This document shows, in pieces, positions 17,102 through 25,789 of a DNA stretch of 40,649 bases. Location of the stretch: positions 1 through 40,649 of the IMG/VR virus record IMGVR_UViG_3300015200_000006; one strand, 5' to 3'. The stretch comes from a virus (taxonomy: Duplodnaviria > Caudoviricetes). How positions within the stretch are numbered: position 1 is the stretch's first letter; each line of letters starts with the position of its first letter. A model generated the notes under the pieces. The model had not been told where the DNA came from and did not search any database. It saw nothing but the letters and a program-made list of their open reading frames with translations. The position numbers were made by a program, and so were the translations under genes.

Positions 17102-17922
17102 GGCCCATCCTCTTTCAGGTTCACATGATCGATAAGGTGCTCGATAATTTCTCCTGCTTCGGTCTTCGGCATTGCCCTGAGTAGGTACACAAGCAATTCC
17201 GTTTTCTCCTGCAGCGATGCCAGCTCCCATGGATGAGTCATGCGTTTGATCCAGGCCTGCTGCAGGTGTTTCACCACCCGCTTGGGCAGCGCCCCGAATT
17301 GTCGAGCGCTGGTGGCGAGCGCCGACACCGGCTTGCCCGCGGCAGCATCCTCGACCAGCTGGCGCACGATCGGCTGCAGCTCGCCCTCCTCGGCGCCGCG
17401 GTTGAGCATCAGCAGCTCCTCCATTTCCTTGGCGCTGTCGAGCGAGGTGCCGCGGATCTTCGCCATCGTCAGCTCGCCGAGCTTCAAGGTGTAATGGATC
17501 ATCGAGCGATTGCGCGGGGCATAGGCCCGGCGCTTGTGGTCACGCTCCGGCTCGGGCTTTTTGGGCACGTCCATGAACAGATGCCGATTCGCGTTCCAGA
17601 TATTCTGATAAGATTTGCGGTCGACGCGATTGAGCAGCTCGCGGGCGACATCGATATTGGTTGCCAGCCCGCACAAGGCAATGCGCTCGTTCGAGGGGAA
17701 ATAGTTGAGGTTGGCTTTGAACCAATCGTTGGCGGCCACCCCGATCGGCACCATGCTCTTGGCTTCCAGCAGCGCGGTCGCAATCTGCAGGCTGGCCTCG
17801 GTCCAATCGGTGCGGTTGCCGCTGCTCAAGCGCGCCAGGGCGGCGTTGATCTCGGTGCGGATGCGCTCGATGCGCGGATTGTTTCCTGCAGTCGGCAGGA
17901 ACGTCACGTTGGCGGCGGTCAT
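17098..17922 (-). CDS. Hypothetical protein (weakly DUF3102-like N-terminus)
   Basis: CCAAGGAC RBS; ALLEAK...W.KAN pattern. Confidence 0.65.
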   Translation of the reverse strand: MTAANVTFLPTAGNNPRIERIRTEINAALARLSSGNRTDWTEASLQIATALLEAKSMVPIGVAANDWFKANLNYFPSNERIALCGLATNIDVARELLNRVDRKSYQNIWNANRHLFMDVPKKPEPERDHKRRAYAPRNRSMIHYTLKLGELTMAKIRGTSLDSAKEMEELLMLNRGAEEGELQPIVRQLVEDAAAGKPVSALATSARQFGALPKRVVKHLQQAWIKRMTHPWELASLQEKTELLVYLLRAMPKTEAGEIIEHLIDHVNLKEDGP

Positions 17923-17950
17923 GCGAAAAGCGTCCTTGGATGCGGCGGGC

Positions 17951-17978
17951 ATTGTAAAGGACCGGCAACGGTTGTAAA
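17951..17978 (-). promoter_or_regulatory. Leftward early promoter
   Basis: TTTACA-N16-TACAAT on the minus strand; CTTTACAA occurs twice. Confidence 0.55.
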
Positions 17979-18027
17979 GCCCCCGGTTTAGGAGTAGGTT
18001 CCTAGAAACTATTTTGTCTGGGGCACC

Positions 18028-18093
18028 TTGACCCATAACCCATTATGGCCCATATTGAGGTTGTCCGGTTGACGCCGGGAAAAACCAAGGACC
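18028..18093 (+). promoter_or_regulatory. Shared promoter plus leader hairpin, copy 1
   Basis: TTGACC-N17-CATATT; CCGG-TTGACG-CCGG; AACCAAGGACC. Confidence 0.75.
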
Positions 18094-18098
18094 TCGCA

Positions 18099-18992
18099 AT
18101 GTTCAAGACCACCATTTACGGCCTGCCCCTCAATCCCATGCCTGCGCTTGAGGCGCTCAAGGGCGCCAGCTTCTGCGTGAGCTACGGCACCAGGGGCAAG
18201 CTCGGCAAGCAGCTCGACCAGGCCATCGAGTTGGTCGGTGATGACGGCATCCTGCTGGTCGACAACGGCGCATTCAGCGCCTGGAAGGCTGGCACCGACA
18301 CCATGAACGACGAGGCCTATTTGGAGGGCTTCGCCGAATGGGCCAACGACATTCTTGATCGGTGCCCGCAGGCGGTCGCGGTGTTGCCCGACGTCATCGA
18401 CGGCACCGAGCAGCAGAACGCCCAGCTCGTCAGCGAGACGATGGGCATGTTCCCGGATGAGCGAGCGATGCCGGTCTGGCACATGCATGAGAGCCTCGGC
18501 TACTTGCTCCACCTCTGCGAGGGCTTCGGCTACGTCGGCATCGGCAGCAGCGGCGCCTACGCCAACCCGGCCACCGCCAAGTGGAAGGCCAGGATGGCCG
18601 AGGCCTTTGCCGCGGTCGACAAGTGGGAAGCCGAGAGCAACGGCGCATTCCTCCGGCCTCGGTTCCACATGATGCGGGCGCAGGCCCAGGCGCATTTGTT
18701 CCCGCTCGACAGCGCCGACAGCACCAACGTCGCCATGAACCACAATCGGCAGCTCCGGAAGCGGGGCGAGAACATCGCCGCGTTCGCCAAGCGGGTCGAC
18801 GCCAAGGTCCAGGCCAGCGCCGGTCCGGAAGCCGAGCACCAGGTCAAGCGGCCGTTGCAGGGCTGGCGGGAGATGGAGGAGATGCGGCTCGTCTGGTTGT
18901 TGGAAGCGCACGGCTACCGGGTCAGGGAGCCGCTCCAGATGCCCGCGCCCGACCCTTTTGAGATCCCGGAATTCCTCCGGAGGGCGGCGTGA
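18099..18992 (+). CDS. TGT-fold (queuine tRNA-ribosyltransferase / DpdA-like) protein
   Basis: LVDNGAFS, LPDVI, PVWH, GIGSSG, FHMM and DSADSTN in the order expected for TGT-like barrels. Confidence 0.7.
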   Translation: MFKTTIYGLPLNPMPALEALKGASFCVSYGTRGKLGKQLDQAIELVGDDGILLVDNGAFSAWKAGTDTMNDEAYLEGFAEWANDILDRCPQAVAVLPDVIDGTEQQNAQLVSETMGMFPDERAMPVWHMHESLGYLLHLCEGFGYVGIGSSGAYANPATAKWKARMAEAFAAVDKWEAESNGAFLRPRFHMMRAQAQAHLFPLDSADSTNVAMNHNRQLRKRGENIAAFAKRVDAKVQASAGPEAEHQVKRPLQGWREMEEMRLVWLLEAHGYRVREPLQMPAPDPFEIPEFLRRAA

Positions 18993-19075
18993 TGGGCTAC
19001 GTCACCGACGCTCTCATCATCGTCTGGGCGGCGTTCCTGCCGTCCATGATCGTCATCTGGTGGTTCCTCTATTGA
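18992..19075 (+). CDS. 27-aa membrane peptide
   Basis: MGYVTDALIIVWAAFLPSMIVIWWFLY; TGATG coupling. Confidence 0.4.
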   Translation: MGYVTDALIIVWAAFLPSMIVIWWFLY

Positions 19076-19083
19076 GGTCTGAA

Positions 19084-19545
19084 ATGAAATTCGTTCACAA
19101 CGACGGCGGCCGGGTCGCGGCTGGCTTCAAGGGCAACACCGGCGACTGCGTGGTCCGCGCCATCGCCATCGCTACCGGCCTGCCCTACAGCCAGGTCTAT
19201 GACGAGCTGACCGAACACATCACCAGCTTTGTCGATGGTCGCAGCAAGGCCGCCAAGCGGCTCAAGGCTCGCGGCAAGACCAGCCCGCGCAACGGCGTGT
19301 CCAAGCACGTCTACCGCCCCTACCTCGCCCGGCTTGGTTGGGAGTTCATCCCGACCATGGGATTCGGCACCGGTTGCCAGGTGCATCTGCGGCCGGATGA
19401 GCTGCCCACGGGCCGCATCATCGTGCGGCTCTCGCGCCACCTGGCGGCCGTCATCGACGGCGTGCTGCACGATACCCATGACTGCACCCGCGCTGGTACG
19501 CGCTGCGTCTACGGCTACTACCGGAAGCGAATGGGAGAAATCTGA
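19084..19545 (+). CDS. Phage protein with putative Cys-His-Asp triad (papain-like)
   Basis: GDCVVRAIAIATG...SRHLAAVIDG.LHDT. Confidence 0.65.
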   Translation: MKFVHNDGGRVAAGFKGNTGDCVVRAIAIATGLPYSQVYDELTEHITSFVDGRSKAAKRLKARGKTSPRNGVSKHVYRPYLARLGWEFIPTMGFGTGCQVHLRPDELPTGRIIVRLSRHLAAVIDGVLHDTHDCTRAGTRCVYGYYRKRMGEI

Positions 19546-19709
19546 ATGACTCCCATCCGAAAAAATTATTGGCTCGGTGTTTTAATCGGCACTTGGCAGA
19601 ACCGGGTTCGTCCGCGACTATCGGTACAATATTGCTGGGGACGTTGAACCGGTTTCGACGCTGAGAGCGACCACCCGATGATGACCATCGGTAACCAGGG
19701 ACCATAAAC

Positions 19710-20228
19710 ATGACAATGCAATACGTGCTGGAAGCGAGCACAACCAATGGCGGCACGCGCGGCCGCACCGTCAAGTTCACCCCAGAGCGCATGGCGCAGA
19801 TCAAAAATCTGGTCGAGCGCGGTCAGACCCGCGACGAGATTGCCGACATTATCGGTTGCACTGTCGGCTCGCTTCAGGTCACCTGTTCGCGCGCTGGCAT
19901 CAGCCTGCGTCGCCCGCGGCCGGAGGGTGCCATGCTGTTGCCCAGGAAAGCCAACGGCGGTAGTGACGGTCACACTCGTGGCATTCCGCCCATGCCCCAG
20001 CCCGCGCAGGAACGGCCATCGGTTGAGCCAGGCCAGGTCAAGGCCAGCCTGGTGGTGCGGATGGAAGCCAGCGGCAAGACCCGCGAAACCGCGGTGCCGC
20101 TGCCGCTCGATATCATCGGTGAGCTGGCGATCATGGCTGATTTGAACGGCCTGCGTCTCGGTGATCTGCTGGCCACGACCCTGGCCGATTTCATCCGCAA
20201 GTTGGAAGGGCCGGGAGAAAATAAATAG
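19710..20228 (+). CDS. HTH regulator with GcrA-like N-terminus
   Basis: FTPERMAQIKNLVERGQTRDEIADIIGCTVGSLQVTCSRAGISL parallels the GcrA N-terminal WT.ER...L...G.S..QIA...R.GL pattern. Confidence 0.6.
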   Translation: MTMQYVLEASTTNGGTRGRTVKFTPERMAQIKNLVERGQTRDEIADIIGCTVGSLQVTCSRAGISLRRPRPEGAMLLPRKANGGSDGHTRGIPPMPQPAQERPSVEPGQVKASLVVRMEASGKTRETAVPLPLDIIGELAIMADLNGLRLGDLLATTLADFIRKLEGPGENK

Positions 20229-20249
20229 CCTCAATGCCCCTGGCCCACC

Positions 20250-20318
20250 TTGACCCATGGGTGAGACAGGGCTAGATTAGAGCTATCGGTGGTTGACGCC
20301 ACCCTCGAACCAAGGACC
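20250..20318 (+). promoter_or_regulatory. Shared promoter plus leader hairpin, copy 2
   Basis: TTGACC-N17-TAGATT; GGTGG-TTGACG-CCACC; AACCAAGGACC. Confidence 0.75.
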
Positions 20319-20323
20319 CCCAC

Positions 20324-20503
20324 ATGGCTCGCCTGCAAGAATGCCCCTGCGGCTCCGGTGAATATCCGGATGCCCTGCAGGACGGCTACGGCATTTTTCT
20401 CTGCTACGCCTGCTCGAAATGTCAGCGCAAGAAAGTCGGCGGCTACCGCAAGGACATCTTCACGCGGTACGCCACCGACGAGCAGATCGAGGATGATTAC
20501 TGA
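20324..20503 (+). CDS. 59-aa zinc-binding protein
   Basis: MARLQECPCGSG...CYACSKC...; RBS present, TGATG-coupled; missing from the ORF track. Confidence 0.7.
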   Translation: MARLQECPCGSGEYPDALQDGYGIFLCYACSKCQRKKVGGYRKDIFTRYATDEQIEDDY

Positions 20504-20718
20504 TGGGCTACGCCTACGCCACCAGCGCCTGCTTCGGCTGTGGCCGCCTGTTCTCCTATAACCCGGTGCGGGTGCCCAGCATCCGCCACCAGGGCGACCG
20601 CAAGCCGGTTTGCGAAACCTGCGTCGAGCGCGCCAATCCGGAGCGCATCAAGAACGGGCTCGATCCCATCGTCCCGCATCCGGAGGCCTATCAACCCTGT
20701 GACGAAAGCGAACTGTGA
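20503..20718 (+). CDS. Small zinc-finger protein
   Basis: CFGC...CETC. Confidence 0.7.
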   Translation: MGYAYATSACFGCGRLFSYNPVRVPSIRHQGDRKPVCETCVERANPERIKNGLDPIVPHPEAYQPCDESEL

Positions 20719-20732
20719 AAGGAACCTGACTC

Positions 20733-21002
20733 ATGCGTACTCTCATTGTCTCCTCTCTCGCCGTGTTCGCCGTGCTCGCCGTCATGGCGCAGACGGCCTC
20801 GGCCGATAGCATCAATCGCTCGTTCTATGACAAGAGCGGCTCGTTCGCGGGCAGCTCGGTCAGTCGCGGCAACTCGGATTCGTTCTACGACAAGAGCGGT
20901 CGGTTCTCCGGCAGCTCGATCCAGCACGGCAACCAGCGCAGCTTTTACGACGGCTCCGGTCGGTACTCGGGCAGCACCACGATCACGAGTCCGCGGCGGT
21001 GA
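20733..21002 (+). CDS. Secreted protein with three SFYDxSGxF/YxGS repeats
   Basis: Signal peptide ending ASA; three tandem ~19-aa repeats. Confidence 0.75.
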   Translation: MRTLIVSSLAVFAVLAVMAQTASADSINRSFYDKSGSFAGSSVSRGNSDSFYDKSGRFSGSSIQHGNQRSFYDGSGRYSGSTTITSPRR

Positions 21003-21202
21003 GAAGCAGCGATTCTGGATTGGTAGTCATCATTGGCGATCTGCGCGAGAGCGCAGATTATCTCAAATGGATATTTAAGAATAAGAAACGGCGTGCCGAG
21101 ACATTCGAAACGCATGCAGTTTTTTTTGAAGCGTTCATGGATGAACTAGGTAATGCAATCAGAATTCTTGAATGGCTGCGGGACGAGGAAAAGCGCCGAT
21201 GA
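20999..21202 (+). CDS. Hypothetical protein
   Basis: GTGA/ATGA overlaps on both sides. Confidence 0.5.
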   Translation: MRSSDSGLVVIIGDLRESADYLKWIFKNKKRRAETFETHAVFFEAFMDELGNAIRILEWLRDEEKRR

Positions 21203-21438
21203 CGGACGAACCAGTACAAGGGGCGCCACTCAGGGTCCGGTTGCGCATGCCAGGCCGCACCGCGCCAACCCAGGTGCGTGAGGCTATTGCCGAAATCGAG
21301 CGGCTCGATGCCGAGGTGGCGGCGCTGCTCGCCAAGCTGGCCGCCCTGGTGCGCGAAAACGTCACCTTGCGCGAGGAACGTAATGCTCTGGCCTCGGCGG
21401 CGCGGGCCATCATCGCAAAAATCGAGGCCTGCACATAA
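21199..21438 (+). CDS. Coiled-coil hypothetical protein
   Basis: EIERLDAEV...; ATGA overlap. Confidence 0.6.
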   Translation: MTDEPVQGAPLRVRLRMPGRTAPTQVREAIAEIERLDAEVAALLAKLAALVRENVTLREERNALASAARAIIAKIEACT

Positions 21439-21449
21439 GCGAGGGCAAG

Positions 21450-21680
21450 ATGCCCACCGACGTGCTCGAAATGTGGACGCTGTATGACCACCCGCGCGAC
21501 CATCCCGGCAAGTTCGTGGCGCGCAAGTTCGACGTCGGTGAGGGAATTTCCCAGGCCACCGGCGAGACGCTGCTGGCGGATACCCTGCAGGCGCTGCGGG
21601 CCGAGATGCTGGCCCGCGGTCTGGTCTGCCTCTCGCGCGACCCCAACGATGACCCTGTCATTATCGAAACCTGGATTTAG
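21450..21680 (+). CDS. Hypothetical phage protein
   Basis: YDHPRDHP...DDPVIIETW; RBS present. Confidence 0.7.
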   Translation: MPTDVLEMWTLYDHPRDHPGKFVARKFDVGEGISQATGETLLADTLQALRAEMLARGLVCLSRDPNDDPVIIETWI

Positions 21681-21682
21681 AA

Positions 21683-21895
21683 ATGGCGACTGGACCTGGA
21701 CGATACGACGATCTCTGCACCTACGTGCGCGAGCAGGCCGAGGCCAAGGGCGCGATTCTCATCATCATCGGTGGCAACAAGGGCGAGGGGTTCGAGTGCC
21801 AGCTCGATAACCTCACCATGGCGAGAATGCCGGAGCTGCTGGAAGGCATCGCGGCACAGATCCGCAAGGACATGGAAGGCATGGGCCATGGTTGA
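21683..21895 (+). CDS. Hypothetical phage protein
   Basis: In operon, GC3-rich codons. Confidence 0.65.
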   Translation: MATGPGRYDDLCTYVREQAEAKGAILIIIGGNKGEGFECQLDNLTMARMPELLEGIAAQIRKDMEGMGHG

Positions 21896-22376
21896 GACGC
21901 TGGAAGAATTCATGCGCTCGGTGTCGGCCGCCATCGATCCGATATTCGCGCAGACCGGTCAGATCCTGCCGATGTATCACATCGTCGCCCCCATCGGTGA
22001 AACCGTCATCCCGGCGCCGCCGGTCGATGATAAGGATGTTGCGGTTCAGCTCATCCGTTTGCTGTTGGAAAAGGTCGAGGCCAGCCGCGTTTGCTTTGTC
22101 GACGAGGCCTGGACCGTCACCCGTAAAGGCACGGCCGACGACCTGGAGCAGATGCGCCAGATGGCGCCGCCCAGCGAGCAGTCCGACCGCAAAGAGATCG
22201 TGATGTTCTCGGTCGAGGATATCGCCAAGGGCGAGCTGCTCGGTTACCGCGACATCATCCGCGAGCCTGGCCAACGGCCGCGCCTCGGTGAGCTGGTCAT
22301 TCATGAGCGCGTGACGATGAGCGTGGGTCGGATGGTCGGTCTGCTGCCGCGGCCTGCAGGGGCAAGGGTGCAATGA
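21888..22376 (+). CDS. Hypothetical phage protein
   Basis: DEAW and PSEQSDRKE motifs; in operon. Confidence 0.7.
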   Translation: MVETLEEFMRSVSAAIDPIFAQTGQILPMYHIVAPIGETVIPAPPVDDKDVAVQLIRLLLEKVEASRVCFVDEAWTVTRKGTADDLEQMRQMAPPSEQSDRKEIVMFSVEDIAKGELLGYRDIIREPGQRPRLGELVIHERVTMSVGRMVGLLPRPAGARVQ

Positions 22377-22458
22377 ACACCGTGAACGAGCTGGTCATCC
22401 TGGCCTTGAGCTTGTCTATCGCCGCTTTAGCGGTGGCGATTCTGCAGAGGGTGCTGCA

Positions 22459-22911
22459 ATGAAGCTCGGCAATGAACCGTGGCGGGCGTTGAAACCGGAT
22501 GCGCAGGCGTTCGACGAGGTCCGCATCATCACGGTGCCGCGCTACAAGCAGAGCGGATTGAGCGGCAATGAGTGGCGCATCTCGGCCAGCATCCAGCTCT
22601 GGCGCAAAGGCAAGATGATTGTCGAGCGCGGCGCCCGCGACATCGAGGCGGCCTGCATGTTCGTCGGTGCCTTCTACCTGGATTCCTGCGACAACGGCCT
22701 GGCGTTCTTCGGCGGCGAGGATGATATCTGCGACCAGGAGGGCTGCAGCCAGTCGGCGACTGTCACCTATCGGTTGAAAGCGCAGTATTGCCGCGAAGGC
22801 CACCGCACCGAACCGCATCAGCTGACCATCCGCAAATTCTGCGACCGCCATAAGACTCGTGGTGACGGCGCCCTGGAGGATGCCGATGATAATTATGAGG
22901 TCGTGAAATGA
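22459..22911 (+). CDS. Cys-rich hypothetical protein
   Basis: CDQEGC...FCDRH. Confidence 0.7.
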   Translation: MKLGNEPWRALKPDAQAFDEVRIITVPRYKQSGLSGNEWRISASIQLWRKGKMIVERGARDIEAACMFVGAFYLDSCDNGLAFFGGEDDICDQEGCSQSATVTYRLKAQYCREGHRTEPHQLTIRKFCDRHKTRGDGALEDADDNYEVVK

Positions 22912-23096
22912 TCCAGGTGACCAAGCTGCGTTGCGACCGTTGCGAAACGAATTCGACATTCGATCCGCGCAAACAATTTCTGCGGCAGACCGGTTGGGTG
23001 CGCGTGGAGCATGACTTGCAGACTTACGACATCTGCCCGAGCTGCTGGCAGTTCATCGCCGATCATGCCGGGTTGAAACCCAAGGATGAGACATGA
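22908..23096 (+). CDS. Small zinc-finger protein
   Basis: CDRC...GW...DICPSC. Confidence 0.7.
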   Translation: MIQVTKLRCDRCETNSTFDPRKQFLRQTGWVRVEHDLQTYDICPSCWQFIADHAGLKPKDET

Positions 23097-23431
23097 ACCT
23101 GACCCAGCTCATCGACATCAAGGAACGCATTGCCATCAGCGACACGCTGACCCTGCTGCAGCGCAAGTTCGTGCTCGACTGCATCAATCAGGCTTGCGGG
23201 CTCAATGCATCGGAACGCGATCCCAACGACTATCCGCGCGACCATAAGCCGGGCAAGCATTGGGCCACCGATAAAGGCTGGGAGGTCATGAACATGATTC
23301 CGCCTGGCGCGATTAGTCCGATGCAGCGCGACCTGATGTCAGGCATCATCGCTGGCATGCTGGTCGAGGCGCGCAAGGTCGGTGCCCGCGAAGGTGCCGG
23401 TACGCCGGTGCAGATCGTCGGTGATGCATGA
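23093..23431 (+). CDS. Hypothetical protein
   Basis: ATGA overlaps at both ends. Confidence 0.65.
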   Translation: MNLTQLIDIKERIAISDTLTLLQRKFVLDCINQACGLNASERDPNDYPRDHKPGKHWATDKGWEVMNMIPPGAISPMQRDLMSGIIAGMLVEARKVGAREGAGTPVQIVGDA

Positions 23432-23694
23432 CCGTCGATAGCGACGACGCCTACATGGCGATGACGATCACCGGCATCATCGAGCCGTTCCTGGCTGGTC
23501 GCAAGCCGGGGATACAGTCGGCCATCCTGGCAGACCTGCTGGCGAAATGGGTGGCCGGTCATCATCCGGCGCTGCGCGAGCGGGTGCTGGCCGACCATAT
23601 TGCGCTGGTGGTCAATTTGATTCCGCTGGCCGAGCAGGCGCAATTCGGGGAGGCCGGACATCCCGGTCGCAAGGACATGGAGAGCGAGGCATGA
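23428..23694 (+). CDS. Hypothetical protein
   Basis: ATGA overlaps at both ends. Confidence 0.65.
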   Translation: MTVDSDDAYMAMTITGIIEPFLAGRKPGIQSAILADLLAKWVAGHHPALRERVLADHIALVVNLIPLAEQAQFGEAGHPGRKDMESEA

Positions 23695-23963
23695 AGCTCG
23701 ACAGCAAGCACTATGGGCATATTTTCAAGGCCAAGGATAACGCGCTCCTCGGTGACGACGACTACGTAGTGTTCCGCCCGCAGGATTCTGCCTTCGCCAA
23801 TGTGCTGCCGCTCTATCTGGAGCAGTGCATCAAGCTGGAGGCGGACCAGGAGCAGATCGACGCCGTCATCCGGTTGATTGGTCGGGTGGACCGCTGGCGC
23901 CTGGCGCACCCCGAGCGGTGCAAGGTGCCGGACGCGGCGGGCGAACGCCTGCTGGGTGAGTGA
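23691..23963 (+). CDS. Hypothetical phage protein
   Basis: VFRPQD.AF..VL..Y motif; ATGA overlap. Confidence 0.7.
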   Translation: MKLDSKHYGHIFKAKDNALLGDDDYVVFRPQDSAFANVLPLYLEQCIKLEADQEQIDAVIRLIGRVDRWRLAHPERCKVPDAAGERLLGE

Positions 23964-23985
23964 TTTAACCAAGGGAGACTGAACC

Positions 23986-24264
23986 ATGTTGGCAAGACCG
24001 GAGATCGGAACGCGCGAGCACATTCTGTTATGGCTCGCGGGCAAGGATCCGAATGAGGAATATCTTTGGGAGAGCTATTGCGACTGCGCCTGCGGCCGGT
24101 ACGCCAAGGAGGTCTTGGGCAAGAGCAATATGTGGTGGTCGGCTTATGCCATGACTCCTGCAGGCACGCCGTTCATGGAGCTGAACCACCTGGCCATGGA
24201 CCTCAAGACCTTCGGCGAGCTGTACGAGCGCGCCCGCAAGCGATGGTCTAGCGACCGGCAGTAA
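23986..24264 (+). CDS. Hypothetical protein
   Basis: AAGGGAG RBS; CACGRY. Confidence 0.7.
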   Translation: MLARPEIGTREHILLWLAGKDPNEEYLWESYCDCACGRYAKEVLGKSNMWWSAYAMTPAGTPFMELNHLAMDLKTFGELYERARKRWSSDRQ

Positions 24265-24288
24265 CGTCACCCCGACCAGTCGGTCGCA

Positions 24289-24325
24289 GGGAGAGCCGGG
24301 GAGCAATCCTCGGCTCTCTTGCTTT
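24289..24325 (+). terminator. GC-rich hairpin terminator
   Basis: GGGAGAGCCGGGG-AGCAAT-CCTCGGCTCTCTT, then GCTTT. Confidence 0.6.
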
Positions 24326-24335
24326 AAGGTCTGGC

Positions 24336-24866
24336 ATGCGTCGCACCCTGCTGCTCATCTTTGCGCTCTGGTCGGTTGCCGCCTCGGCGCAGGAGCGCAG
24401 GGTGAGCATGGACGGCGAGCAGATGACGGCGACGGTCAGCGGCGACCACATCGAGATCCGTTATGTCAGCCCGCCGGTGGCATTGCGCGAGCTGGGGGTG
24501 AGCGCGGACACCCTGCTGGTGCGCGGGCAGTGGGAGGCCGGCATCTTTACCGGCGAGGCCTACGCCTTTGCGCCAGGGTGCCCGGCCGGGGTGCCCTACC
24601 CGGTGCGGGGCATGGTCGACCAGGTCGGCAACCTGCTGGTGCTCGGGCCTTCGCCCAGCTCAATCAAGGACTGCAAGCCCGAGGCCCTGGCCTGGACCGC
24701 CAGCTCCATCCTGCGGTTCGAGCCGGTCGGTGGGAGCGCTCGGCCGGAGCGCAAATCGGAGGTCAAGGCCAAGCCGAAACCGAAGCCCAAACCTCGGCCG
24801 CCGGTGCGCCCAGCGCAACCCCAGCTCCGGCAACCATGGGAGAATCAGTGGCAATGGCGGTGGTGA
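24336..24866 (+). CDS. Secreted protein with KP-rich tail
   Basis: Signal peptide MRRTLLLIFALWSVAASA. Confidence 0.7.
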   Translation: MRRTLLLIFALWSVAASAQERRVSMDGEQMTATVSGDHIEIRYVSPPVALRELGVSADTLLVRGQWEAGIFTGEAYAFAPGCPAGVPYPVRGMVDQVGNLLVLGPSPSSIKDCKPEALAWTASSILRFEPVGGSARPERKSEVKAKPKPKPKPRPPVRPAQPQLRQPWENQWQWRW

Positions 24867-24976
24867 TGTTAATTATTGTGGATGCGAATTTTTTAACATA
24901 TAGCTTGAACCTATCGGCTGCTGGGACGTTGTGGCCTAGTTGAAAATATTTTTCGAGGATGGAAAGGGGGATAATC

Positions 24977-25219
24977 ATGCGCCGAACCGTCACCAGCCCG
25001 CGCCACAAAGCCCTGGTCACCCTGATTAGGACCGAGCGCGAGGCCGCGGGCATGAGACAAGAGGATGTGGCCGCCAAGCTCGGTCAAAACTATATGTGGA
25101 TGCAGCGGGTCGAGAGCGGCGAGCGCAGGATCGACGTGGTCGAGTTCTGCGCGCTGGCGTCCGTCATCGGTTTCGATGCCCGCAAGGCCATCACCCGGTT
25201 GTTTGAGCTGCGCGCCTAA
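24977..25219 (+). CDS. XRE-family HTH regulator
   Basis: REAAGMRQEDVAAKLG...RVESGERRIDVVE. Confidence 0.88.
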   Translation: MRRTVTSPRHKALVTLIRTEREAAGMRQEDVAAKLGQNYMWMQRVESGERRIDVVEFCALASVIGFDARKAITRLFELRA

Positions 25220-25283
25220 CTTGCATATTCGATTTTTTTCGCATATCGTGCTTGGCAGAAGGCAGAGCACGGGAGTGCGAGCC

Positions 25284-25541
25284 ATGTTACAAGCAGCCAT
25301 CCTCATGTTCGCCATGTGTGCCACACCCATCGGTGGGCCGATGAAAGTCATCGACACCTGCACCGCTCTGGGCGAATGCGTCTGCGATCTACCCGCGTCT
25401 CAGATCCGCTACAAGCCGGAGGCCTCGGCGGAACGATCCTGCCGCGACCTTGTTGGCCGGGAGCAGTACGAGGGCGAGGGCCGCAGTCATGAGGGCCAGA
25501 TGAATGTTCATCGGTTCTCTGACTGCATGATGCAGAAATAA
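25284..25541 (+). CDS. Cys-rich, possibly exported small protein
   Basis: GGGAG RBS; hydrophobic N-terminus; TTGCAT-N17-TATCGT promoter at 25221-25249. Confidence 0.55.
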   Translation: MLQAAILMFAMCATPIGGPMKVIDTCTALGECVCDLPASQIRYKPEASAERSCRDLVGREQYEGEGRSHEGQMNVHRFSDCMMQK

Positions 25542-25547
25542 CCGGCT

Positions 25548-25639
25548 CTGTGCAGGTCGTTTGCCCCCCATCCGTCTGCACAGTCAAGGCGCCGCTGGGG
25601 CCTCCCATGCCCCAACATGGTCCCGGCGGCGCACATTTT
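25548..25639 (+). ncRNA. Putative sRNA: two hairpins with C-rich loops
   Basis: CTGTGCAGG/TCTGCACAG stem with GCCCCCC loop; 14-bp stem 25589-25632 with TCCCATGCCCC loop. Confidence 0.4.
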
Positions 25640-25700
25640 GGTTTCACCAAGGATGAGGGATCACGACCGGCTGCGTCGCCTTCTGGTCGGTCGCGGTGGG

Positions 25701-25767
25701 GAGGGGCCGGAGGGCGACAACTCCGGTCCTTTTTCCTTTAAAAAACCCCCGGTTGTCAGCCGGGGGC
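25701..25767. terminator. Back-to-back terminators for convergent operons
   Basis: GGGGCCGGAG..CTCCGGTCC-TTTTT (+) and AAAAAA-CCCCCGG..CCGGGGG (-). Confidence 0.75.
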
Positions 25768-25789
25768 CTTGGCATCCAGCTCCAGCAGC

